Below are positions 1 through 11,637 of a stretch of 64,000 nucleotides of DNA, piece by piece (position 1 is the first letter of the stretch; each line of letters begins with the position of its first letter). The stretch comes from Octopus sinensis. Its lineage: Eukaryota. Below the pieces are notes generated by a model. It was not told the DNA's origin and did no database searches. It was given only the letters and a program-made list of their open reading frames with translations. Location: positions 10,106,001 through 10,170,000 of the forward strand of contig NC_043024.1 in NCBI RefSeq assembly GCF_006345805.1, written 5' to 3'. Position numbers and translations under genes: made by a program.

Positions 1-47
1 TGTCGTATATATATATGTATATATATATGTGTGTGTGCGTGTGTGTG

Positions 48-1990
48 TGTGTGTGTGTCTGTGTTTATCCCCCTAGCATTGCTTGACAACCGATGCTGGT
101 GTGTTTATGTCCCTGTCACTTAGCGGTTCAGCAAAAGAGATCGATAGAATTGTTTGTGTGTCTGTGTTTGTCCCCCTAGCATTGCTTGACAACCGATGCT
201 GGTGTGTTTACGTCCCCGTCACTTAGCGGTTCAGCAAAAGAGATCGATAGAATTGTTTGTGTGTCTGTGTTTGTCCCCCTAGTATTGCTTGACAACTGAT
301 GCTGGTGTATTTACGTCCCCGTCACTTAGCGGTTCAGCAAAAGAGATCGATAGAATTGTTTGTGTGTCTGTGTTTGTCCCCCTAGTATTGCTTGACAACT
401 GATGCTGGTGTGTTTACGTCCCCGTCACTTAGCGGTTCAGCAAAAGGGACCGATAGAATTGTTTGTGTGTCTGTGTTTGTCCCCCTAGCATTGCTTGACA
501 ACCGATGCTGGTGTATTTACGTCCCCGTCACTTAGCGGTTCAGCAAAAAAGACCGATAGAATTGTTTGTGTGTCTGTGTTTGTCCCCCTAGTATTGCTTG
601 ACAACTGATGCTGGTGTGTTTACGTCCCCGTCACTTAGCGGTTCAGCAAAAGAGACCGATAGAATTGTTTGTGTGTCTGTGTTTGTCCCCCTAGCATTGC
701 TTGACAACCGATGCTGATGTGTTTATGTCCCTGTCACTTAGCGGTTCAGCAAAAGAGACCGATAGAATTGTTTGTGTGTCTGTGTTTGTCCCCCTAGCAT
801 TGCTTGACAACCGATGCTGGTGTGTTTACGTCCCCGTCACTTAGCGGTTCAGCAAAAGAGATCGATAGAATTGTTTGTGTGTCTGTGTTTGTCCCCCTAG
901 TATTGCTTGACAACTGATGCTGGTGTATTTACGTCCCCGTCACTTAGCGGTTCAGCAAAAGAGATCGATAGAATTGTTTGTGTGTCTGTGTTTGTCCCCC
1001 TAGTGATTGCTTGACAACTGATGCTGGTGTGTTTACGTCCCCGTCACTTAGCGGTTCAGCAAAAGGGACCGATAGAATTGTTTGTGTGTTCTGTGTTTGT
1101 CCCCCTAGCATTGCTGACCAACCGATGTGGTGTATTACGTCCCCGTCACTTAGCGGTTCAGCAAAAAAGACCGTAGAATTGTTGTGTGTCTGGTTTGTCC
1201 CCGCTAGTATTGCTTGACAACTGATGCTGGTGTGTTACGTCCCCGTCACTTAGCGGTCAGCAAAAGAGACCGATAGAATGTTTGTGTGTCTGTGTTTGCC
1301 CCCTAGTATTGCTTGACAACTGATGCTGTGTGTGTTTACGTCCCCGTCACTTAGCGGTTCAGCAAAAGGACCGTAGATGTTTGTGTGTCTGTGTTTGTCC
1401 CCTCGCATTGCTTGACAACCGATGGATGTGTTTATGTCCCTGTCACTTAGCGGTTAAGCAAAAAAGACCGATAGAATGTTTGTGTGTCTGTGTTTGTCCC
1501 CCTAGCATTGCTTGAAACCGATGCTGGCGTGTTTACGTCCCCGTCACTTAGAGGTTCAGCAAAAGAGATCGATAGAATGTTTGTGTGTCTGTGTTTGTCC
1601 CCCTAGCATTGCTTGACAACGGATGATGGTGTATTTACGTCCCCGTCACTTAGCGGTTCAGCAAAAAAGACCGATAGAATTGTTTGTGTGTCTGTGTTTG
1701 TCCCCCCTAGTATTGCTTGACAACTGATGCTGGTGTGTTTACGTCCCCGTCACTTAGCGGTTCAGCAAAAGAGACCGATAGAATTGTTTGTGTGTCTGTG
1801 TTTGTCCCCCTAGCATTGCTTGACAACCGATGCTGGCGTGTTCACGTCCCCGTCACTTAGCGGTTCGGCAAAAGAGACCGATAGAATAAGTACTGGGCTT
1901 ACAAAAGAATAAGTCCCGGGGGGTCGATTTGCTCGACTAAAAGGCGGTGCTCCAGCATGGCCGCAGTCAAATGACTGAAACAAGTAAAAA
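48..1990 (+). repeat. Tandem array (~18 x 103 bp) of an internal segment of SINE family A, ending in one intact SINE 3' tail
   Basis: Unit tgtttgtgtgtctgtgtttgtccccctagcattgcttgacaaccgatgctgg...gagaccgatagaat recurs every 103 bp (gatagaat ends at 150, 253, 356). The last unit continues into the tail ggcggtgctccagcatggccgcagtcaaatgactgaaacaagta. Confidence 0.92.
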
Positions 1991-2147
1991 AGAAAAAAAT
2001 TTTTAAATCCTACGTTTTTGATGTCGGAAATTACAAATATGCAAAATGGACGTGGTGAAAAACTTTGGTTACTGTTTACATCTTGACCTGGAAATGAAAA
2101 TCCTGCCCCCAAAAAATACTGGAATGGGTGTAAAACTATGTGTAAGG

Positions 2148-2742
2148 CAGTGGTTTTCAACCAGGGTTCCTCGGAACCTTAGGGTTCCGCCAGTACAGTC
2201 TAGGGGTTCTGCAAGAAGTTACAAAAATGCTAAAATCGGCAGTAATTTTTAATTCTCCTGTGTAGATATTACTCTTTACTCTTTTACTTGTTTCAGTCAT
2301 TTGACTGCGGCCATGCTGGAGCACCGCCTTTAGTCGAGCAAATCGACCCCGGGACTTAATATTTGTAAGCCCAGTACTTATTCTATCAGTCTCTTTTGCA
2401 GAACCACTAAGTGACAGGGACGTAAACACACCAGCATCGGTTGTCAAGCAATGCTAGGGGGACAAACACAGACACACAAAGACACATACATATATATATA
2501 TACATATACATATATACGACAGGCTTCTTTCAGTTTCCGTCTGCCAAATCCACTCACAAGGCATTGGTCGGCCCGGGGCTATAGCAGAAGACACTTGCCC
2601 AAGATGCCATGCAGTGGGACTGAACCCGGAACACAGCCACTCCTGGTGTGCATAAGACTATTAAATTATTGCACAGGGGTTCCTCGAGCCAGTGTAATGT
2701 TTCCTTGGGGTTCCGCTCCAGCAAAAAGTTTGAAAAGCACTG
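2148..2742. mobile_element. hAT-type MITE (TIR CAGTG[G/C]TTTTCAA) with a nested SINE-A
   Basis: TIRs cagtggttttcaa / ttgaaaagcactg. Perfect 8-bp TSD GTGTAAGG at 2140-2147 and 2743-2750. Confidence 0.9.
2273..2640 (-). mobile_element. SINE family A nested in the MITE
   Basis: Reverse complement of the body and tail seen at 3989-4425. Confidence 0.85.
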
Positions 2743-2999
2743 GTGTAAGGAAATGAATATGAAAAAAAGAAAAATACGCGCAAAGCAACGCGAGGGTGAG
2801 GAGAGGACTTTGGAAAATTCAGAAGATCCGAGCTTTTTCCTCATAACTTTTAGGAAACATTAACTATTTAAAATGGCAGGGTGTAATTAAAGAGAAAGTA
2901 GCGAATTGACGAACATATGCAAATCGAAATTAAATACAGACAAAAACATTAAAGCGGAAAGAATTCACGTTTTACTTGTATTTCCCTTAAATAATAGTA

Positions 3000-3750
3000 G
3001 GATCTTTTCGGTTTGAATGGCAGTTTTTTCTAGCGGTGTCATATGAAATTGTCACCCATAATTATGACCCTAGTATCGATCTATTGCATTTCAATCTGTT
3101 TTAGGGTTAGGCTTAGGGGTGGGGGGAAGGGTATATTTTTTGGCACGTAAAAAGCACCATCCGTTCGTGGCCGTTGCCAGCTTCGCCTGGCCCCCGTGCA
3201 GGTGACACGTAAAAAGCACCATCCGATCGTGGCCGTTGCCAACCTCGCCTGGCCCCCGTGCCGGTGGCACGTAAAAAGCACCATCCATTCGTGGCCGTTG
3301 CCAGCCTCGCCTGGCATCCGTGCAGGTGGCATGTAAAAAGCACCATCCGTTCGTGGCCATTGCCAGCCCCGCCTGGCCCCCGTGCCGGTGGCACGTTAAA
3401 AGCACCATCCGATCGTGGCCGTTGCCAACCTCGCCTGGCCTCCGTGCCGGTGGCACGTAAAAAGCACCCACTACACTCACAGAGTGGTTGGCGTAGAAAC
3501 ACTGCCAGATCAGACTGGGCCTGGTGCAGCCTTCTGGCTTCACAGACCCCAGTGGAACCGTCCAACCTATGCTAGCATGGAAAACGGACGCTAAATGATG
3601 ATGATGATGAAATGTAAATAAACCCAATCTGTTTCTTAAACGAGGGACATATTCACACGGCACAGAATGTTTTCACCTCAATAGACGTCATTGATCGGTT
3701 GAAATTGCAGAAATTGAAGAAAAAAAACAACAAATATCTTACAAAGCATA
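3000..3750. mobile_element. GGATC-TIR MITE (reverse orientation) interrupted by SINE-C
   Basis: Starts ggatcttttcggtttgaa and matches 23740-24000 on both sides of a 3141-3612 insertion. Confidence 0.8.
3141..3612 (+). mobile_element. SINE family C (RTE-like (GAT)n tail) with tandem ~58-bp 5' units
   Basis: Repeated ggcacgtaaaaagcaccatccg units, then ...ccaacctatgctagcatggaaaacggacgctaaatgatgatg. Confidence 0.75.
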
Positions 3751-3988
3751 GCGATGTGGGGGAGGTCAAAAATTTGGGCGATCCTTCGGTATAAGTACAC
3801 ACGTGACTTTGTTTACATTTCTGAAGATAACAGAAACCCTCTTCTCTCACCCCTAACCCTAACCCCTCCATATTTAAAAAAAACACTTTCTTGAAATGTA
3901 TCCGGTAATTCCGGAAGTACACCGGTACTTATACCGAAGTTACGCCTAAATTTATCACCATTATTATTATTATTTTTTTTTTACATAT

Positions 3989-4154
3989 AGGCGCAAGAGT
4001 AGCTGTGTGGTAAGTAGCTTGCTTACCAACCACATGGTTCCGAGTTCAGTCCCACTGCGTGGGACCTTGGGCAAGTGTCTTCTACTATAGCCTCGGGCCG
4101 ACCAAAGCCTTGTGAGTGGATTTGGTAGACGGAAACTGAAAGAAGCCCGTCGTA

Positions 4155-4207
<53 letters not shown>

Positions 4208-4425
4208 TGTGTGTGTATATGTTGTGTGTCTGTGTTTGTCCCCCTAGCATCGCTTGACAACTGATGCTGGTGTGTTTATGTCCCCGTCACTTAGCGGTTC
4301 GGCATCAGAGAGCGATAGAATAAGCACTGGGCTTACAAAGAATAAGTCCCAGGGGTCGAGTTGCTCGATTAAAGGCGGTGCTCCAGCATGGCCGCAGTCA
4401 AAATGACTGAAACAAGTAAAAGAGT
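3989..4425 (+). mobile_element. Full-length tRNA-derived SINE family A
   Basis: Pol III A-box-like tagctgtgtggt and B-box-like gttcagtccc, internal (TA)n, 3' stem-loop tail. About 15 further copies lie in the window. Confidence 0.88.
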
Positions 4426-5224
4426 ATATTCGTCATCTCCGACATCTAGGACGTAGAAATACGAAAAAGTGTTTTTTTCAAAACAATGCATTTTTTAAGC
4501 AGACGTTCGAAACTGCATTAGCCCCCCCCCCTCAACTGGTACTTAATTTATCGACCCTGAAAGGATGAAAGGCAAAGTCGACCACGGCGGAATTTGAACT
4601 CAGAACGTAAAGACTGACGAAATACCGCTAAGCATTTCGCCCGCCGTTCTAACCTTTCCGCCAGCTCACCGCCTTTAAAATATTGTTTTCCACTCTAGGC
4701 TCAAGACCCTAAATTTTGGAGGAGGGGGGCCAATCCTCCAAAATTAGATCGACCCAGTACGCAACGGGTACTTAATTTATCGACCCCGAAAGGATGAAAG
4801 GCAAAGTTAACTTGGGCGGGATTTGAACTCCGAACGTAAATAGCAGCAAAGCAAAGCATTTTTCTTATTTCCGGCGCTTAAAAGACTCTGGCAATCTACC
4901 ACTGTTCAGTAATTTCTAATTTAGATGCGAGTCCAGCAAAGCAAGAGTCAAGTACCCGAGTCAATTAAAGCACTCGTTACGTACCCACCCCGGGTGAGTT
5001 ATATAGTTGTGTTTTATTGACTCCGGGCACCACAGTTTATAGGACGGGATTTCAACCTCAGAACATCGTACAGGAGGGGAACAAACACTACAAGACATTT
5101 CATCCGACACTTAATGAAAACAAAATATCTTCAAACAAAACGAAAGAAAAAAAACCCAGACAATAAAGACAAGTTTATAACAGAAATCGAAGCATGTATA
5201 TATATGTGTATATAATATATATAT

Positions 5225-5266
<42 letters not shown>

Positions 5267-5468
5267 TATATATATACACATATATATACACACATATATA
5301 TATATAATGGTGTATATAAATATATATATATATATACACATATATATATACACACACAAATATATCTGTGTGTATATAATATATATATACACATATATAT
5401 AATACACACACATATATATTATGTGTGTGTATATAAATATATATATATATATACACACCACACACACA

Positions 5469-5534
<66 letters not shown>

Positions 5535-5758
5535 ATACACACAGACATATATGCAGCCGTATTTCGTCTACCGACGTCCTGGGTTCAAATTCCGCCGAGG
5601 TCGACTTAGCCTTTCATCCTTTCGGGGGTCGATAAATTAAGTACCAGTTGCGTATTGAGGTCGATATAATCGACTTAATCCGTTTGTCTGTCCTTGTTTT
5701 TCCTCTGTGTGTAGCCCCTTGTGGGTAGTAGAGAAATATATATTGACCCAGATATATA

Positions 5759-5806
<48 letters not shown>

Positions 5807-5860
5807 TAAGGGTAGAAATTGATATTAATCAATTAAAACCAGTGGCCTAGCATACAAAAC

Positions 5861-6023
5861 TTAGAGGAATGACCACTAATAGTGGACAGCCTGTATGCTA
5901 GAAATAGACGTCAAACCCCGCCATTTACCATTCTTGTTCTTGAGAACACACCCTTCGTGGTAAATGAGTTTGACGTCTATTTCTAGCACACAGGCTGTCT
6001 ACTATTAGTGATCATTCCTCTAA
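5861..6023. other. Long palindrome (fold-back) in a (TA)n tract, probable Penelope-like remnant
   Basis: ttagaggaatgaccactaatagtggacagcctgtatgctagaaatagacgtcaaac is inverted at 5968-6023. One-sided extension at 5800-5860. Confidence 0.8.
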
Positions 6024-6377
6024 ATTTCGTATATATACATATATATATATATTTCCTGTGTGCACATAGATTTTATTAAGTGCCACATGCAAGAATGATG
6101 ATTCTGTAGCTTATACCAAAATGAAACTAGTTCTATGTAGGTCGGCAAAGACTTTGCTTTGATGCTACGAGAGGAAAATTTATGTCAAACTTACCATTCC
6201 TCTTGAAAATAAAAATATTCAGCGTTGGAAGGAAATCGTTTCAAGTTTTAGCCATTTCTTTATTTTGGCAATAACGGTGTCACGGTTGATAAGACACCCT
6301 CTAAATAATTATCCGGTAACAGTTTGCTTAATCCGTCACCGCCTTTGCTGTAGATTAGTGCTTTTCTATATATATAT

Positions 6378-6436
<59 letters not shown>

Positions 6437-6469
6437 TGTGTGTATATATATATATATATTTATACTCTC

Positions 6470-6803
6470 TCTTTTCTCTTTACTCTTTTACTCTTTTCAG
6501 TCATTTGACTGCGGCCATGCTGGAGCACCGCCTTTTAGTCGAGCAACTCGACCCCGGGACTTATTCTTTTGTAAGTCCAGTACTTATTCTATCGGTCTCT
6601 TTTGCTGAACCGCTAAGTGACGGGGACATAAACACACACTAGCATCGGTTGTCAAGCAATGCTAGGTGGACAAACACAGACACACAAACAATTCTATCGG
6701 TCTCTTTTGCCGAACCGCTAAGTGACGGGGGACGTAAACACACCAGCATCGGCTGTCAAGCAATGCTAGGGGGGACAAACACAGACACAAAAACATAGAC
6801 ACG

Positions 6804-6850
<47 letters not shown>

Positions 6851-7020
6851 CATATATACGACGGGCTTCTTTCAGTTTCCGTCTACCAAATCCACTCACA
6901 AGGCTTTGGTCGGCCCGGACTATATAGCAGAGACACTTGGCCAAGATGCCACGCAGTGGGACTGAACCCGGAACCATGTGGTTGGTAAACAAGCTACTTA
7001 CACACAGCCACGCCTGCGCC
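6470..7020 (-). mobile_element. SINE-A with an internal duplication of the 103-bp unit
   Basis: Junction cacacaaacaattctatcggtctc (6681-6704) is the reverse complement of the array junction at 48-1990. Confidence 0.85.
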
Positions 7021-7114
<94 letters not shown>

Positions 7115-7125
7115 GTGGTGGTGTG

Positions 7126-7163
<38 letters not shown>

Positions 7164-7435
7164 TGTGTTGTGTGTAGCTATGTATGTATATATATGTATA
7201 TATAGTATAATATGTATGTATAGTATGTATGTATTAGAAAAGAACTACCATGTAGCTATTCAACAATGATATACTTAAATCATACCATATAGAAAAAAAT
7301 TAAAGATACGATAAAACATTTACCTAGAACTAAATAAAGTACAAAGTAATAAATAAATAGTATATAATTAGTGTATATATATACATATATGCCCCTGCGT
7401 TGGGGTGGATAATATATCCTGATGTCTCTTTAGAC

Positions 7436-7992
7436 CAGTGCTTTTCAAACTTTTTGCTGGAGCGGAACCCCAAGGAAACATTCCACTGGCTCGAGGAACC
7501 CCTGTGCAATAATTTAATAGTCTTATGCACACATATCTGCACAGGAGAATTAAAAATTACTGTCGATTTTAGCAGTTTTGTAACTTCTGCGGAACCCTAA
7601 GGTTCCGAGGAACCCTGCTTGAAAACCACTAATAAGGTGGTGCCTTTAAGTTAGAATGGCCTGGGCCAATAATGGCCGAAACCTATCAGAGTATCAAAGT
7701 ATATAATTTATAATATATATATATATATATCTATATAATATATATATTATATATTATATCTATATATATATCAGTGCTTTTCAAACTTTTTACTGGAGCG
7801 GAACCCCAAGGAGGAAACATTCCACTGGCTCGAGGAACCCCTGTGCAATAATTTATAGTCTTATGCACACATATCTGCACAGGAGAAATAAAAATTACTG
7901 CCGATTTTAGCAGTTTTGTAACTTCTTGCGGAACCCCTGGACTGTACTGACAGAACCCTAAGGTCCCGCGGAACCCTGGTTGAAAACCACTG
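7436..7992. mobile_element. Two hAT MITEs in direct orientation (7436-7631, 7772-7992) around a short cargo and (TA)n
   Basis: Both copies have CAGTG TIRs. Outer flanks ctttagac / ctgtagat match at 6 of 8 positions. Confidence 0.75.
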
Positions 7993-8856
7993 CTGTAGAT
8001 TAACCTGGATAATAAAAGGCGGCTAAATCTGACATGCTAGAAACAGGTTTTCGAAATTTTGATACGGATTACCAAAGGAAAGAAATTTGGATCTTTTTTT
8101 AGATAAGATCCCAAATAAGTTCTTTAAATACTTCGAAATCAAATAGGGCGCACCCGTACCTTAAATAAGCAACCGGCAAGCAGTCAATTCACGTGCTAGA
8201 AATAGCAGCCGAATCTCACACAAACTCTTTTTCCCCACATATTTTTTTTTGTAATTTATTTTTTCATATACGATTCATAGAAGTCGATTGTATCGTATTT
8301 TTTATTTTTTTTTATTTTGGAAAAAGCTATTCGTAGGGGTGAGGATGAGTTTCGACAAAAATCCCAAAACTGGTCGGATTCGTTTCTTGGCGACAAAAAT
8401 TTCAGAGAAATTTCCCGCGGTAAAAACTCATCTATTATATATACTCTTTTACTTGTTTCAGTCGTTTGACTGCGGCCATGCTGGAGCACTGCCTTTAGTC
8501 GAGCAAATCGACCCCGGGACTTATTCTTTGTAAGCCCAGTGCTTATTCTATCGGTCTCTTTTGCCGAACCGCTAGGTGACGGGGACGTAAACACACCAGC
8601 ATCGGTGTCAAGCAATGCTAGGGGGACAAACACAGACACACAAACACACACACACACACATATATATATATATTAATATATATACATATATATATATATC
8701 AATATTATATATATATATACAACATATATATATATATTACATATATATATATAAAATTATAAATGAGGGTGAAAATCGATATTAATTTAAATACCGTCAA
8801 TTTAACACCAAGTGGCTTAGCACAAAAAAACTACGGAGGAAATACAAATTTATACA

Positions 8857-9229
8857 TAAATTATTAGAGAGTTATCACTATGTGGATAACTCTAGTGCTA
8901 AAAATAGCTCCGAAGCAACCACAAAAGATCCGTCAAAAACACGAGCGGTCCAACCAATGGACCGCTCGTGTTTTTGACGCCCGAATCGATCTAATTAATT
9001 GCATTTCTGACAAACTCTACCGAAGATTTATAGATGCAAGTGTAAGTAAAACTACATATTGCATTAGTAATGAAACAATTGTATAGAGTCAATCTATTTT
9101 ATTCGTTGTATTTCACTTTCCTTCAGTTAAATGTGTGTTGATTCTAGTTGGAACGGATCTTTGTGGTTGCTTCGGAGCTATTTTTAGCACTAGAGTTATC
9201 CACATAGTGGATAACTCTCTAATAATTTA
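8857..9229. other. Nested palindrome between (TA)n tracts
   Basis: Outer arms ~8857-8932 and ~9153-9229. Inner perfect hairpin cgtcaaaaacacgagcggtcc-aaccaat-ggaccgctcgtgtttttgacg at 8931-8979. Confidence 0.85.
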
Positions 9230-9230
9230 C

Positions 9231-9263
<33 letters not shown>

Positions 9264-9272
9264 ATATATATA

Positions 9273-9303
<31 letters not shown>

Positions 9304-9410
9304 TATATATATACATATAATTATATATATACATAATATATATTATACACATATATATATATATATATATATAACATATATATATATATATACATATATA
9401 TAATATACTT

Positions 9411-9587
9411 TATTTTAAGCAGCAGAAAATTCAACAAAATCTGTTACTCTGAGTTTTCGTTGCCGTTCATCAGACAGTTTTGCTAGAATGGAACTTATAT
9501 AAGTTCCATTCTAGCAAAAACTGTCTGATGAACGGCAACGAGAAACTCAGAGTAACAGATTTTGTTGAATTTATGCTGCTTAAAATA
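9411..9587. other. ~177-bp spacer-less palindrome in (TA)n, containing hammerhead motifs
   Basis: Centre gaacttat|ataagttc. The arms differ at only a few positions. Confidence 0.9.
9521..9558 (+). ncRNA. Minimal type I hammerhead ribozyme motif
   Basis: Stem I CUGU/ACAG; CUGAUGA; stem II a-cg-GCAA-cg-a (closing A-A mismatch); GAAA; stem III CUC-A-GAG; UA cleavage site after 9554. Confidence 0.65.
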
Positions 9588-9657
9588 AAGATATTATTCT
9601 ACCACTGGTATTTGAGTACTCTTTTTCCACCTTGTTTCACATTTAGTGTTTACTCCG

Positions 9658-9694
<37 letters not shown>

Positions 9695-9781
9695 CATATA
9701 TATACATATATATATATATATACATATATATATAATATATACATATATATATAATATACATATATATATATAGATATATAC

Positions 9782-9813
<32 letters not shown>

Positions 9814-10756
9814 TATACATATATTATATATATCATACATATAATATATACATACATATATATATATACATACATAATATATATAATACATATATATATA
9901 TAACATACAAATATATATAATATTATATATATAATATATATATATATATATATTATATTATATATATACGACAGGCTTCTTTCAGTTTCCGTCTACCAAA
10001 TCCACTCACAAGGCATGGGTCGGCCCGGGCTATAGCAGAGAAGACAAGATGCCACGCAGTGGGACTGAACCCGTGTAGCAGAAAGTGAAAATAAGTGTTG
10101 AAACTGTTGCCCTAATTTCTAAAGTGTGTTTTTTTTTTCCTACAAAATGAAACTTGAATTGGCATCTACGAAATTATAGCCACATCTTCAACAAATTCTC
10201 TTGACACCACCCAGCCCGCAATCTGTATGTGATGCAGACACAACAGGAATTCGTTGGAAATATCAAAGAAATTTCATGTTACATACCGTTGGAATTTGTA
10301 GGGTATAAAGCTCGTATTTAAGTTTTCCGTGATCCTTTAATTCCATTTTGGAATCCCTCTCGATGTCAGAAAACGAAACAATTTTAGTGCGCATGCACGA
10401 TACGTGAAAGGGCAATTAGTGGGCGACAAGCATAGATATGAGGAAATGAAAGAACTTTTCGCGGAAAAAGTATAAGTTTTTTTTAATATTTCGAAATCAA
10501 AATTGGGCGCAATTTAAAAGACTGCCGGAAAGCAGTCTATTCACGTGCTAGAAATAGCAGCCAAATTCATACAAACTCTATTTCGCATATATATATATAT
10601 ATATATATAAAGAGCAATAAAGATTCAAGTTAATTTTAAAAAATTTACTTGAATATGGTACCTAACTTAGATGCACCAAAAAAAACTATACTGATTTAAC
10701 AATACAGTAATGTGGGGTGATTATAAGCGAGAAAGAAGCAACAAGAATGGATAGGT

Positions 10757-10847
10757 TTTTAGTACGATCGTTTCATACAAGGACAGGTTTTATTAAAAGT
10801 TGCAAAGAGTACAGCATATAAACGAGTCCCGTACTCATCAGCTAAAA
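10757..10847 (-). ncRNA. Type I hammerhead ribozyme (left arm, minus strand)
   Basis: Reverse complement reads UUUUAG-CUGAUGA-GUACGGGAC...GUCCUUGUAU-GAAAC-GAUC-GUA-CUAAAA. All core nucleotides are present. Confidence 0.82.
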
Positions 10848-11027
10848 TACATGTAAGTTCTCTAGACATCCTAGTGTTTGAGGCTATACTCATGAAGTAA
10901 TGTAGATAATTAAACAGATTTCTAAAGTTCATTAAGTTCTTTAATGAACTTTAGAAATCTGTTTAATTATCTAATTACTTCATGAGTATAGCCTCAAACA
11001 CTAGGATGTCTAGAGAACTTACATGTA

Positions 11028-11116
11028 TTTTAGCTGATGAGTACGGGACTCGTTATATGCTGTAATCTTGCAACTTTTAATAAAACCTGTCCTTGTATGA
11101 AACGATCGTACTAAAA
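11028..11116 (+). ncRNA. Type I hammerhead ribozyme (right arm, plus strand)
   Basis: Stem I ttttag/ctaaaa; ctgatga at 11034-11040; stem II gtacgggac/gtccttgtat; gaaac; palindromic loop gatc; GUA cleavage after 11110. Confidence 0.82.
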
Positions 11117-11173
11117 ACCTATCCATTCTTGTTGCTTCTTTCTCGCGTATATATATATATTATAATATATATG

Positions 11174-11285
11174 ATATTAATTAGAGACAATTGTCTCTAA
11201 TTAATATTATATAATATTTTGCTATAAAATTGGATTCAATCCTAAATCTGATTTTTCCCTGTAAATTGGATTTATTCCCTATTAT
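11174..11285. other. Collapsed copy of the 53.8-kb palindrome family (perfect 34-bp palindrome plus extension)
   Basis: atattaattagagacaa|ttgtctctaattaatat, followed by the reverse complement of ~53797-53870. Confidence 0.8.
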
Positions 11286-11290
11286 ATTAT

Positions 11291-11335
<45 letters not shown>

Positions 11336-11586
11336 ATATTATATATATATATATATTATATATACTCTTTAATCTCTTTTACTTGTTTCAGTCATTTGAC
11401 TGCGGCCATGCTTGAGCAACCGCCTTTATAGTCGAGCAAATCGACCCCAGGATTTTATTCTTTGTAAGCCTAGTACTTATTCTATCGGTCCCTTTTGCCG
11501 AACCGCTAAGTTACGGGGATGTTAACACACCAGCATCGGTTGTCAAGCGATGTTGGCGGAGGGGGCAATACAACACACAAACATAC

Positions 11587-11637
<51 letters not shown>

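Larger units (their letters stand above)
10727..11146. other. ~420-bp palindrome (~207-bp arms, 5-nt loop) flanked by (TA)n
   Basis: gcgagaaagaagcaacaag...aaagttcattaa-gttct-ttaatgaacttt...cttgttgcttctttctcgc. Confidence 0.93.

Noticed and set aside
5111-5832. Poly-YI/IY ORFs here and at many other sites
   Set aside because: Translations of (TA)n/(TG)n microsatellites.
9411-11146. Explaining all palindromes as long-read fold-back artefacts
   Set aside because: Arms differ by substitutions and indels, both sides resume in ordinary sequence, and one family appears twice with different inner lengths. It cannot be fully excluded without raw reads.
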